Below, piece by piece: positions 17,681 through 25,739 of a DNA stretch of 32,704 nucleotides. Position 1 is the first letter of the stretch. Every line of letters begins with the position of its first letter. The translations under genes and the position numbers were made by a program. The stretch covers positions 1-32,704 of the IMG/VR virus record IMGVR_UViG_2778261231_000009; one strand, 5' to 3'. This DNA comes from a virus. Its lineage: Duplodnaviria > Heunggongvirae > Uroviricota > Caudoviricetes. Under the pieces are notes generated by a model. That model saw nothing but the letters and a program-made list of their open reading frames with translations, was not told the origin of the DNA and did not search any database.

Positions 17681-19214
17681 AAAGCGCCTGCTTTATCAGC
17701 TGTTGCAGCTGCGCATCATCCAGCTGAGGATAACTCGCAGCAATGATATCCAGTGCCTCATCAGGGCTTTGCCCCTTGCTCAGAGCCGAGACCAGCGGCG
17801 CAATCAGCTTATCCATGGCCACCGCGATGCTCTCCCCTGGCGATGTGGCGCTGTCCAGCGCATCCTGCGCAGGGTCAATAACCTCACCCGTGGTGCTGAG
17901 TGCCGTGAAATGGCGGAATACCGGCGTGGTGCTCAGCCCCACCGGAGAGGGTGCAGCAGGCGGCGTCAGCACAGCTTCGTTATCTTTTGGTACCGGAATC
18001 CCGACCTTTTTGTGTATCCATGAGGTCGGAATAGTGTCCATCCCGGCGCGTACCAGTGCGGAAACACCATTGGCAAAGGTTTCAATGCTCTCCAGCTCGC
18101 GGGTATCAAATACCAGACGCGGCTGACGGCGCGGGCTGACGTTATAACCATTAATGGCCAGTAACATACGAATGAAGCCTCGATAAAACCCTTCCAGCTG
18201 TCGGGCATCAGCGGTCAGGAGATCGTGACGGACTTCGTTATGCACATTACCAAGGGCGTTTGTTGAGGACTTACCGTCCGCCTGTGACGTCAGCGTGCCG
18301 CCGAGAATGACCTTTGATTCGGTACGCTCGCACCAGTTAATCATCGCCATGAAAGGATCAGACTGCCCCTCGGCGGCATCCTTAAATTCGATTTTGGTGT
18401 TGTCAGGAATAATCCCCGATGCGTTATGACCGATACTGACCAGCGCTTCCATGAGTTTATCCTGCTCATCCTGGCTGGCCCCGGACATATACGACCCGAT
18501 ACGCGGCGGCAGTCCGTAGATTTCAAGGAACTCAGCGAGATCGCGCACGCTGTAGTTTTTAAACAGATACGGCCAGACCAGCACGCGGTATAACCCTGAC
18601 TGCGCGATATAACCTGACTTGGCGTTGTGCGTATGCACCAGCCAGCCAAACGGCCAGAGCTCTTCTCCACCCAGCGTGCCGGTGTTAAGACGCACCTCGT
18701 CCCCGGCTTCCGGCGTGGTACAGAACCAGCGATGCGGACGCAGTTTGATTTTGACGGGCAACCACAGATTGCCGTCAAGTTCCCACTTTTCAATCTCCTG
18801 AGCAGAAAAACCATGCCCGATAGCTTCCGCCGCGTTCAGGGTAATATCTTCCATTTCCTGAAGGTCAGCGAACCAGCTGGCCACCATCGCGGCGATCTGC
18901 TTTTCTTCCGCCGTCGCGTTCGGCGGTGGCTCGATGCTCCAGTCCAGAGTAAGCAGCGCATTCTTGCGCTTGGCCATTTCGGAAAAAATATGCCCGTCCC
19001 GCTCAACCATATCTTCGAAGAGGTCAGCCTGAGCCGCCAGATCGCCGCGCTCAGCCGCTTCAAGCAAACGAGGAAGACGGGCAATGGTCATACCCCGCGA
19101 GGGGTGAGTTGGCCAGTCGCGCTGAAGCTCGAACGTGCGGGAGGTCTGGGGGGCTTTAAGCACCTCTTTATTAAGCGGGCGACCATACTGGTCAAGAATC
19201 TGAACCATTATCAA
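17640..19214 (-). CDS. Portal protein (Mu H / gp29-like)
   Basis: 524 aa; synteny immediately after terminase large subunit. Confidence 0.85.
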   Translation of the reverse strand: MIMVQILDQYGRPLNKEVLKAPQTSRTFELQRDWPTHPSRGMTIARLPRLLEAAERGDLAAQADLFEDMVERDGHIFSEMAKRKNALLTLDWSIEPPPNATAEEKQIAAMVASWFADLQEMEDITLNAAEAIGHGFSAQEIEKWELDGNLWLPVKIKLRPHRWFCTTPEAGDEVRLNTGTLGGEELWPFGWLVHTHNAKSGYIAQSGLYRVLVWPYLFKNYSVRDLAEFLEIYGLPPRIGSYMSGASQDEQDKLMEALVSIGHNASGIIPDNTKIEFKDAAEGQSDPFMAMINWCERTESKVILGGTLTSQADGKSSTNALGNVHNEVRHDLLTADARQLEGFYRGFIRMLLAINGYNVSPRRQPRLVFDTRELESIETFANGVSALVRAGMDTIPTSWIHKKVGIPVPKDNEAVLTPPAAPSPVGLSTTPVFRHFTALSTTGEVIDPAQDALDSATSPGESIAVAMDKLIAPLVSALSKGQSPDEALDIIAASYPQLDDAQLQQLIKQALFVSEVWGRLNAES

Positions 19215-20860
19215 AATCCTCCTGAAGGACCGAACCTGTCTCCGCTATGGCCACGACGGGGAACAGCTTTAAATTCAAAATTACCAGCGCCGGAAACGGC
19301 CAGCATCCAGAGCATATGCAGGGCATCTGGCCCGTCATCATGGTCAGCTTTGGGGAAATGCCGGAGCTGGTCGATAAGTGTGGTCTGGGAAGGGTGCAGC
19401 CGTATCAGGCCGTTGGCCATATGTGGCTGCAGTGACTCAATGCGCAGGAGCTTATCAACCGAAGGCGTGACGGCCCTGGCAGGAACGGGGATACCCATCG
19501 CAGCGGAGCGCTTCACCAGTTCGGTGCGCAGGAACTCCTGGAACTGGACGGACTCGACCGCCCAGACCAGACAGTTATATTCCCGCTGCAGCTCGATAAC
19601 GTCAGAGATAATTTTGTCCGGCACACGCTTACGGATACGCGCTTCGACCACATCCAGAATGCCGGTGAAGCGGTTGAAGCCACCGACCAGTAATGCGGAA
19701 GGGTCGCGGCTGTTACCGTGTTTACCCAGGCTGGGGTCACATGCGCCATAGAAGCGCCACTCGTTAAGGCGGTTGACCCAGAAGTTAATGCAGCCGGTAA
19801 ATGGCGCATCTTCGCCGCTGACGGGATCGTTCTGATATTCCGCATCAAAGGTACTGTGGCCATCACGGGCGCGGATGAGCATCAATGCATAAAGCGGACG
19901 CGCAGCCCATGAAACAACAGCTCCTTCATCCATCTCAGCCTGATGCTCACGGTAATATGCCTGCGCCAGAACCTGACCATCTTCATCGTTGTTGCGCAGG
20001 ATCTCTTCCCATTTATCCCACAGCGACATATTGTGCGGCCAGCTGATGAGCGCTTTGAACCGGGCCCGCGTCCATAGCGGATTTTTAAGGGTGCGGGAAA
20101 GCACGGAATCGTAGTGCAGGATTGTCCCGATATACACCACATCGAACTTGGCCCCCGCACCACCGAGCGGCAGGACGGTTTTTTTGAGCCAGTTATCGAG
20201 CTTGTCACGCTGCTCAGGGTTACGCACCAGCTCGTCGTTCTCGATATCATCGAGCACAGCCAGGTCAGGACGATACGGGCCATGGCGCAGGCCACGCAGC
20301 TTTTTTCCACTACCGGCGACCTGCACCTTAATGTCGTTGCGGGTGAGAATTGTCCCGGCCTGCCAGACGCGGCCACCGCCCGTCGCTTCAGGAAAGTCCA
20401 TCAGCAGACGGGGGTTAAACTGCAGTTCCGCCTTTATCGCCTCCAGCATCGGATAGGCCTGGTCGATGGAGTCCATAATGATGACCGGGTAATGCTTGAG
20501 CGCCAGCACAATGCACCAGATGACAAAAAGCTGACTCACGATGGTGGATTTGGCTTCACCACGGGGAGCCGCTATTGCATCGTTCTGGCTCCCCGTGGCC
20601 TGGATGATTTCAGGCAGGCGCTTGTAGAGATAGTTATGCAGTTCGCTGCGGGCAGCATGGCGGACATAGTGCGGAAAATAATGCTGCACAAAGTACTCAA
20701 ACCCCGTTACAGGGTCAGCGACAAGGCCACGACGCGCAGCGACAGCAGCAGCAGAGGGGTCAAAGCCCACATCTTCCGCTTCAATGGTGCGACGAAGACT
20801 GGCGGAAAGTTCCGCAAGTTCGGCAAGAAAATCTTTGCTGGATAACTTAGTTCTGGCCAT
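19211..20860 (-). CDS. Terminase large subunit (Mu gp28-like)
   Basis: 549 aa; ATPase-like N-terminal region and nuclease-like C-terminal region; synteny. Confidence 0.9.
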   Translation of the reverse strand: MARTKLSSKDFLAELAELSASLRRTIEAEDVGFDPSAAAVAARRGLVADPVTGFEYFVQHYFPHYVRHAARSELHNYLYKRLPEIIQATGSQNDAIAAPRGEAKSTIVSQLFVIWCIVLALKHYPVIIMDSIDQAYPMLEAIKAELQFNPRLLMDFPEATGGGRVWQAGTILTRNDIKVQVAGSGKKLRGLRHGPYRPDLAVLDDIENDELVRNPEQRDKLDNWLKKTVLPLGGAGAKFDVVYIGTILHYDSVLSRTLKNPLWTRARFKALISWPHNMSLWDKWEEILRNNDEDGQVLAQAYYREHQAEMDEGAVVSWAARPLYALMLIRARDGHSTFDAEYQNDPVSGEDAPFTGCINFWVNRLNEWRFYGACDPSLGKHGNSRDPSALLVGGFNRFTGILDVVEARIRKRVPDKIISDVIELQREYNCLVWAVESVQFQEFLRTELVKRSAAMGIPVPARAVTPSVDKLLRIESLQPHMANGLIRLHPSQTTLIDQLRHFPKADHDDGPDALHMLWMLAVSGAGNFEFKAVPRRGHSGDRFGPSGGF

Positions 20861-20884
20861 GATTAATTTGCCCTTAACAGCCTG

Positions 20885-21091
20885 TTAATGGTGATTACGG
20901 AGGGCTTTATTAACCTCGCTGATAAAGCGGTTCATCGACTCGATGCCGGTTTTATCTCGTTCAACGTCGAGGCTGTAGCAGCCTGTCGACGTCGCGACGG
21001 TTACGTTTCTACCGCCCGCGAACCGGATCCCCAGCACGTCACTGGCCATCACAAAAATTTCACTGTTAACCCGGATTAACTGGTCAGCCAT
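20885..21091 (-). CDS. Small hypothetical protein between the terminase subunits
   Basis: Internal start MADQLIRVN… chosen from track ORF 20885..21196; about 68 aa; no recognisable domain. Confidence 0.4.
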   Translation of the reverse strand: MADQLIRVNSEIFVMASDVLGIRFAGGRNVTVATSTGCYSLDVERDKTGIESMNRFISEVNKALRNHH

Positions 21092-21584
21092 AGTGTTGTT
21101 CCATTTCCTTGCCGAATGGTTCAAGGATCTCAACGAATGCCGCCAGGTGCTTCGGATAGTGCTCTGCAACAAACGCGCTGAGCTTCTGGATAACATCCAA
21201 CGCTACCGCCAGCTGACTCACCTCCGGCAGTATTTTCTTGTTGGCTGCGACGGCTTTGTTAAATGCATCGGCAAGGCTTGCCAGAAGCTCGACGCGCTCT
21301 CCCGGAGGGAGCTGAGACTCGGTTGTGAGCAGTTCCAGCGTGGTCTGATACTGGGTCATTAACCCGGTGAGAATGGCGCGGCCAATCTCTTCAAGCCCAT
21401 TCCCGGCCATAAGGTGTGCGGCGCGTAACTTATCCCAGTCATCGCCTGCGTCCTGGGCTTCCTTCTTCCAGCGGCGAGCTGTCGCAAATGCCACGCCAGC
21501 CTGAGCGGATGCGATTTCAAGCGACATCTGGCCGAAGATATAAGATCGTCGCAGTTTTTCCCGTGTTTCCTGCGGATGCGCCAT
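21084..21584 (-). CDS. Putative terminase small subunit / DNA-binding protein (Mu gp27-like, DUF1804-type)
   Basis: Internal start MAHPQETREKLRRSYIFGQ… chosen from track ORF 21084..21719; position upstream of terminase large subunit. Confidence 0.65.
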   Translation of the reverse strand: MAHPQETREKLRRSYIFGQMSLEIASAQAGVAFATARRWKKEAQDAGDDWDKLRAAHLMAGNGLEEIGRAILTGLMTQYQTTLELLTTESQLPPGERVELLASLADAFNKAVAANKKILPEVSQLAVALDVIQKLSAFVAEHYPKHLAAFVEILEPFGKEMEQHYG

Positions 21585-21585
21585 A

Positions 21586-21870
21586 TCACAGCTCCAGTTT
21601 TGCGCGAATGAGCAGAATCGCCACCGTGATGACACCGCCTGCAATTCCACCCGTAATCGCACCGGCAGACGCACCACGGCGAGCCGCATCGTCGCTGATG
21701 GTCGTGAGGCGAACATCAATCCGGCTCAGCTTGTCATTAATCCCGCCCAGAATGTCCGGGCTGACGGGGGCCTGCAGGCGTTCGAGCTGAGCGGAAATCC
21801 GGCTCAGCGTTTCCTGCTCGCTCTGGCTGATTGTCGCGCGGCGGGTTCTGCGCTTATGTCTGGCTTTCAT
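21586..21870 (-). CDS. Small membrane protein (C-terminal transmembrane helix), lysis/packaging-region protein of unknown role
   Basis: 94 aa; basic N-terminus, coiled-coil-like middle, Gly-rich hydrophobic C-terminus (GAITGGIAGGVITVAILLI). Confidence 0.5.
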   Translation of the reverse strand: MKARHKRRTRRATISQSEQETLSRISAQLERLQAPVSPDILGGINDKLSRIDVRLTTISDDAARRGASAGAITGGIAGGVITVAILLIRAKLEL

Positions 21871-22121
21871 TTGTCCTGTTTCCTGTCCAGTTTGTTATCA
21901 ATGCGCTCGATAGCCGCTCGCAGCTCCCTCATCGCATCCATCATTGCGGTGTAGTTACTTTTCGCATCCTCACGGCGCTGGTATTCATCCCGGATGCGAT
22001 CAACCGCCTTTTCCAGGTCGGTAATGTCTTTTTGCAGACGGCGTATCCAGATGGTGCCGAAGGTTGCAGCCAGCGCCAGCGCAATCTGAAAGGCCATATC
22101 AAGAGTCATGATGTTGTTCAC
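21867..22121 (-). CDS. Small membrane protein (N-terminal transmembrane helix plus coiled coil), holin/antiholin-like candidate
   Basis: 84 aa; FQIALALAATFGTIWI helix followed by charged coiled-coil. Confidence 0.5.
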   Translation of the reverse strand: MNNIMTLDMAFQIALALAATFGTIWIRRLQKDITDLEKAVDRIRDEYQRREDAKSNYTAMMDAMRELRAAIERIDNKLDRKQDK

Positions 22122-22750
22122 TTCCTGTAATACTCATTTATTGCCTGCAGCCTGCCCTCAATGAGCTGGCACCATGCGCCGTATTCCGCTGAAAACGACA
22201 CTATTCCAGTGGGGGAGAGTCCGCCACCGGTGCCTGTGGTCTGGCCGGTATGACCAGGAGCGCCGCTGGCGGTGGCTGGCAGATGCTGACCAGCGGGGAG
22301 GCTTTCGGATCCTGAGTAGCCAAAGGCTTCACGGAAGAGCTGCAGGCCGCCAGGGCCAATGCCGGTATAACCAGGACCATCTTTATCAAGTGCATCTTTA
22401 AGCCTCTTTTTAAGATCGCGAACAGTCTCGTCATGTGCCTTTTGCTTTTCAGCCAGCTCGCGGGTCAGCGCATCCGCTTTCTGCTGCCAGGCGTTCTGCT
22501 TATCAAGTGCAGCCTTCAGGTCAGCTGCATACTGATTTGCAGCGCTGAGCCTCTCCTGATCCCACTGCCGTTCTTTTTCACTGAAACCATCAGTCAGGCG
22601 TTGCTTCTCCTGGCTGAAGGCCAGCGCCTGAGCGTCCAGCTTGTTGCCTGTGAGGAAGGTGCCGAACCATATCCCGCAGCCTGCCAGAACCACGACGACG
22701 AGCAGCGGTTTCCAGCTAACCCTCAGGATTTTCTGGGCTGCTTCCCACAT
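22118..22750 (-). CDS. i-spanin (Rz-like)
   Basis: Internal start MWEAAQK…; N-terminal helix LLVVVVLAGCGIWFGTFL then a long charged coiled-coil periplasmic domain; contains an embedded lipoprotein ORF in another frame. Confidence 0.65.
   Translation of the reverse strand: MWEAAQKILRVSWKPLLVVVVLAGCGIWFGTFLTGNKLDAQALAFSQEKQRLTDGFSEKERQWDQERLSAANQYAADLKAALDKQNAWQQKADALTRELAEKQKAHDETVRDLKKRLKDALDKDGPGYTGIGPGGLQLFREAFGYSGSESLPAGQHLPATASGAPGHTGQTTGTGGGLSPTGIVSFSAEYGAWCQLIEGRLQAINEYYRK
22201..22395 (-). CDS. o-spanin (Rz1-like outer-membrane lipoprotein), embedded in the i-spanin gene
   Basis: Internal start MHLIKMVLVIPALALAAC… gives a signal peptide with an L-A-A-C lipobox, followed by a Pro-rich mature peptide; entirely inside the i-spanin ORF in a different frame. 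Confidence 0.6.
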   Translation of the reverse strand: MHLIKMVLVIPALALAACSSSVKPLATQDPKASPLVSICQPPPAALLVIPARPQAPVADSPPLE

Positions 22751-22979
22751 CGCGCACCTCTCTGGCTCGTTTGATGGACATATGTTTTGATGCCTGACTC
22801 TGAGCCACCCACGCGCCCAGATAGGTGAGATACAGCTCACCAGGAGTTTCGGGGCGGGTAACGGTGAGCCAGACCAGTACGAAGGAACTGACCAGGAAGG
22901 CCAGAAAAACGATGGTGTCTGACGTAGAGAGACGACCGGTGGCCGGGTTCGTCACCAGATCGCGCAGAGATATTTTCAT
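22716..22979 (-). CDS. Small membrane protein, holin candidate
   Basis: 87 aa with one strong helix (IVFLAFLVSSFVLVWLTV); ATG overlaps the endolysin stop. Confidence 0.5.
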   Translation of the reverse strand: MKISLRDLVTNPATGRLSTSDTIVFLAFLVSSFVLVWLTVTRPETPGELYLTYLGAWVAQSQASKHMSIKRAREVRDVGSSPENPEG

Positions 22980-23620
22980 AGCGCCGCCTTAGCGACATTC
23001 AGCCGCGCCACGCGGTCAGCCTGACCTTCAGCCGGAGGGTTGATACGCCGGGTTACGGCCAGAAAATTGCCTTTGTCAGCCAGCTCGTTGCAGCCATTTG
23101 CCTTCCAGTACCAGGCAGCGCTGCGGGCTGCGTTGAGATACTCCAGTAACAAATCGGGATTCGCGATGAGATCGAGGCCCAGCGCCTTACCGCAAAGGCG
23201 GTAATTATTGCGCAGGGTAATCTGAATCAGGCCACGTCCGCGAAAGCGCCAGCCATCGCCTGATGCTTCATTACCGTTACCCCCCTGATTTGCGTAAACA
23301 TAATTCGCCATTTTTTCAGGGTTACGGGTATAGCGTCGGGCAAATTCAATCTCGCAGGGCTCGATAATACGATTCTTATTGAGATCGAAGTCGCTGCGGA
23401 AAATACGCGCCACGCGCTCAGCATCAGAGTAATAGAGATTTTCACTGAGCCGACTGAAACCCGCGCTTTCATGGCCGGTTTGAGCAATAAAGGCGGCAAG
23501 TCTGGCGGGTGTATTAATTTCGAATTCAGCGGTGGCTTTACCGAATGGTTCAAACCATCGTTGCGCCATCACTGGCGAAAGAGCTGCTGCACGCTGAAAT
23601 TGTGGGAGTGTTAAAAGCAT
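22976..23620 (-). CDS. Endolysin, glycoside hydrolase family 19-like (soluble, no N-terminal signal-anchor)
   Basis: 214 aa; …AAFIAQTGHESAGF… and overall pattern resemble GH19 phage lysozymes; first gene after the late motif and a leader hairpin. Confidence 0.8.
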   Translation of the reverse strand: MLLTLPQFQRAAALSPVMAQRWFEPFGKATAEFEINTPARLAAFIAQTGHESAGFSRLSENLYYSDAERVARIFRSDFDLNKNRIIEPCEIEFARRYTRNPEKMANYVYANQGGNGNEASGDGWRFRGRGLIQITLRNNYRLCGKALGLDLIANPDLLLEYLNAARSAAWYWKANGCNELADKGNFLAVTRRINPPAEGQADRVARLNVAKAAL

Positions 23621-23621
23621 A

Positions 23622-23649
23622 ACGCCATCCGGTTAAAAAGGGATGGCGT
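23622..23649 (-). promoter_or_regulatory. Leader hairpin (9-bp stem, 10-nt loop) immediately upstream of the endolysin ATG, covering the GGA Shine-Dalgarno-like bases
   Basis: Plus strand acgccatcc-ggttaaaaag-ggatggcgt; seen directly. Confidence 0.5.
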
Positions 23650-23679
23650 CAGTATTTCATCGGGTTAGGTGAATAATCA

Positions 23680-23701
23680 GGTGAAGAGGTTCAGTGGAAT
23701 T
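23680..23701 (-). promoter_or_regulatory. Conserved late motif, copy 3 (upstream of lysis cassette): AATTCCACTGAACCTCTTCACC on the coding strand
   Basis: Same 17-nt core as copies 1 and 2; about 60 nt upstream of the endolysin ATG. Confidence 0.6.
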
Positions 23702-24200
23702 AGTTGTCAAACTGTACAACAAACTGATCTTTCTCTTCACTGTACCATTTCACTGTATATGAAAACACTCTATCAGAAACAGTCAAGTTACAGTGTCTCA
23801 CTGCATTAACCCGGTCATAACTCATTTGCGCGGGCTCAGAGAATTTTTCTCCATTCAGCAACTCTGTAAGAACAGAATGGACATCGGATGAATCACAGCC
23901 AGGTAAATCACCTTTGTAAAAATTAATCACTGGGGCAATAAATGCTAAAATGAACATCAGGACATAAACTGATAAGGGGCTAACATTTTTTCCGCCCTGG
24001 ACACTACTGGCATCATCCGAGTCTGATAATGCACTTCCGATTAATTTTTTTCTTTTAAATAGATACAATGGAATGACAATGAAGAATATGAATGCTGAAC
24101 CAATCCCCCAACGGGCAGGTCTTGCAATGTTATTGGTGATAGCATCTTTGTAAACAGCAACAGAAGCACCGAATATAATTAAAGCAATTAAAAACTCCAT
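23700..24200 (-). CDS. AT-rich moron: three-helix membrane protein with ~70-aa C-terminal soluble domain, unknown function
   Basis: 166 aa; hydrophobic segments at roughly residues 2-17, 32-48 and 75-95; region visibly AT-rich versus flanks (estimated by eye at high-30s % GC against mid-50s); occupies the slot between the Mor/C-like gene and the lysis cassette. Confidence 0.7.
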   Translation of the reverse strand: MEFLIALIIFGASVAVYKDAITNNIARPARWGIGSAFIFFIVIPLYLFKRKKLIGSALSDSDDASSVQGGKNVSPLSVYVLMFILAFIAPVINFYKGDLPGCDSSDVHSVLTELLNGEKFSEPAQMSYDRVNAVRHCNLTVSDRVFSYTVKWYSEEKDQFVVQFDN

Positions 24201-24213
24201 GTATATTACCTTT

Positions 24214-24648
24214 TTAAAAAAGTTCTTGTTGATTGATTGATGTGTTTTGTCTGTGCTGGCTTAGTAACTGCCATCCAAAACGATCGCTGAATCCATACTT
24301 AGGGCAAAGAAAGGTCATGGCCATAAGAGAGGATGAACCTTGTTCACGCACTTCGGCGAACTCGGCGAGAAAGCGGCGGTTGCGTAATTCACGAAGGGCA
24401 CGATCACAGCGCGGTAAATAGAGAACTTCTCCGCCGAAATTCTTGATGAGTAATTGGGTTTTATCATCGCCGATAGTATTGCGCAGGAGGGCTGCGCGGC
24501 TGGCCCCCATAGCGCGGAGGCCTTTACCTATCGGGAACGTGGTGCCACCAAAAGCAGAAAGAAGCTGCTCGGTCGCCGGGAAGCCTATCAGGTCAGCTAT
24601 TTGAATCACTGCTGATGGCAGCAGCTCCGTTACCTGTTCCAGATTCAT
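24214..24648 (-). CDS. Mor/C-family transcriptional activator
   Basis: Internal start MNLEQVTELLP…; GGEVLYLPRC… and the basic C-terminal half resemble Mu Mor/C; overlaps the 3' end of the GemA-like gene. Confidence 0.7.
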   Translation of the reverse strand: MNLEQVTELLPSAVIQIADLIGFPATEQLLSAFGGTTFPIGKGLRAMGASRAALLRNTIGDDKTQLLIKNFGGEVLYLPRCDRALRELRNRRFLAEFAEVREQGSSSLMAMTFLCPKYGFSDRFGWQLLSQHRQNTSINQQELF

Positions 24649-25069
24649 TATTACGCTCCCGCTTTTTTCGCCGACTCGCATCAATGCTGAGAGCCTGCAT
24701 GAGTTTGGTTAACTGTTCAGTCGTCAACCACTCGATGTATTTGACGTGAAACATATGATCGCACATTTTCTCGGCATAATTCCACGGACGTTTTGCATCT
24801 GCAAGTAATGCGTTAATTTTAGAAAGAATTGACTCGCGCGTATTGGCAACCTTTGGGCGTCGACCGTGTTTTACTGAGTAGCGAGGAAAACCCTTGTCAT
24901 GCATATATTCCATGACAGCCTGCAGCTCGTCGAGGGTGCATTTAGTGGATGATGTTTTACCGTTGCATAAGCGAGACAGAACACTACGGTAGGTTACCTC
25001 ATCCCACCCCAGATATGCCTGACCGGCTTTAATTGCCCCTATAAGGCCTCGTTTTGCTGGCGTGGACAT
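24593..25069 (-). CDS. GemA-like regulatory protein (Mu gp16, DUF1018-type)
   Basis: Internal start MSTPAKRGLIGAIKAGQAYLGWDEVTYRSVL… preceded by a GGAG Shine-Dalgarno; matches the N-terminal pattern of GemA-family proteins. Confidence 0.7.
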   Translation of the reverse strand: MSTPAKRGLIGAIKAGQAYLGWDEVTYRSVLSRLCNGKTSSTKCTLDELQAVMEYMHDKGFPRYSVKHGRRPKVANTRESILSKINALLADAKRPWNYAEKMCDHMFHVKYIEWLTTEQLTKLMQALSIDASRRKKRERNNESGTGNGAAAISSDSNS

Positions 25070-25136
25070 AATATTTCTCCTGTTGGTTGTCATTATCGCA
25101 GGCACTTTATGAAGTGCCTGCTGTAATGACTTACTT

Positions 25137-25346
25137 TCAAGGTTTCATTTTGCTGACTGATATACCACCGATTTTCCCTTCGACCCTGACAACCAGACGA
25201 CCATTGCGCATATGCCAGGCTGCCGGGCGGGTTATTACAGTTTCCCGCTCCGATACACCAGGTGTCAGGTAATAATGGAACTGTGAGTCAACGGGGAAGC
25301 GCTGGTTAAAGGTCTTTGCTGTCAGATTTCTCAGGAGATGTCCCAT
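25137..25346 (-). CDS. Hypothetical small protein (69 aa)
   Basis: Internal start MGHLLRNL… with a strong GGAGG Shine-Dalgarno about 8 nt upstream; no recognisable domain. Confidence 0.45.
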   Translation of the reverse strand: MGHLLRNLTAKTFNQRFPVDSQFHYYLTPGVSERETVITRPAAWHMRNGRLVVRVEGKIGGISVSKMKP

Positions 25347-25524
25347 AGTTTTCCTCCAGATTCGCATCGGTGGCAATAATGCTTAATGGCCATAAGAGAA
25401 AGGCAAACCAGTAATTCTGGCGGGATAAATTAGCTAATCCCACTAATCGGGCCAGAATGCATATCCAGCACCAGCCAAGTGTTAAATACATCGCCAGCAA
25501 TATGATAATGAAAGCTATATCCAT
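25306..25524 (-). CDS. Small two-helix membrane protein (about 72 aa)
   Basis: Hydrophobic IAFIIILLAMYLTLGWCWICILARLVGL and YWFAFLLWPLSII; ATG overlaps the upstream stop; overlaps the next ORF by about 40 nt, so one of the two may be mis-called. Confidence 0.4.
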   Translation of the reverse strand: MDIAFIIILLAMYLTLGWCWICILARLVGLANLSRQNYWFAFLLWPLSIIATDANLEENYGTSPEKSDSKDL

Positions 25525-25739
25525 CACTTTATCCCCCGAAGTTTCTTGAAAGATTCAATCGCCTTCTTCATATCAGCCTGAGTCCCCTTATTGCGTACCT
25601 TACGGTTACTGGCGTCGTAATAGTTGAACCGCAGCTTAAGTGGCACCGCCAGCAACTCGACAACCTGGCTGTTATCGCGGAAGAACCAGATTCGGCGGTT
25701 ACCGTTATCCTGGAACTGGCAGCCCGTTACGCTATGCAT
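25524..25739 (-). CDS. Hypothetical small protein (71 aa), basic C-terminus
   Basis: Start overlaps the end of the DUF4406-like gene; no recognisable domain. Confidence 0.45.
   Translation of the reverse strand: MHSVTGCQFQDNGNRRIWFFRDNSQVVELLAVPLKLRFNYYDASNRKVRNKGTQADMKKAIESFKKLRGIK

Noticed and set aside
18627-19751. Long plus-strand ORF (374 aa), and similar plus-strand ORFs at 20114..20845, 11553..12347, 7280..7978, 26277..26954, 17009..17614, 10831..11412 and 9531..10016
   Set aside because: All lie antisense to well-supported minus-strand phage genes (portal, terminase, gp37-like, tape measure, sheath and others), have Arg/Ser/Pro-rich low-complexity translations typical of shadow frames in GC-rich DNA, and lack ribosome-binding sites.
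23622-23649. Hairpin as an intrinsic terminator for the upstream moron
   Set aside because: The stem is not followed by a clear U-tract in the transcribed direction and it abuts the endolysin ATG; a leader structure is more consistent, though terminator function is not excluded.
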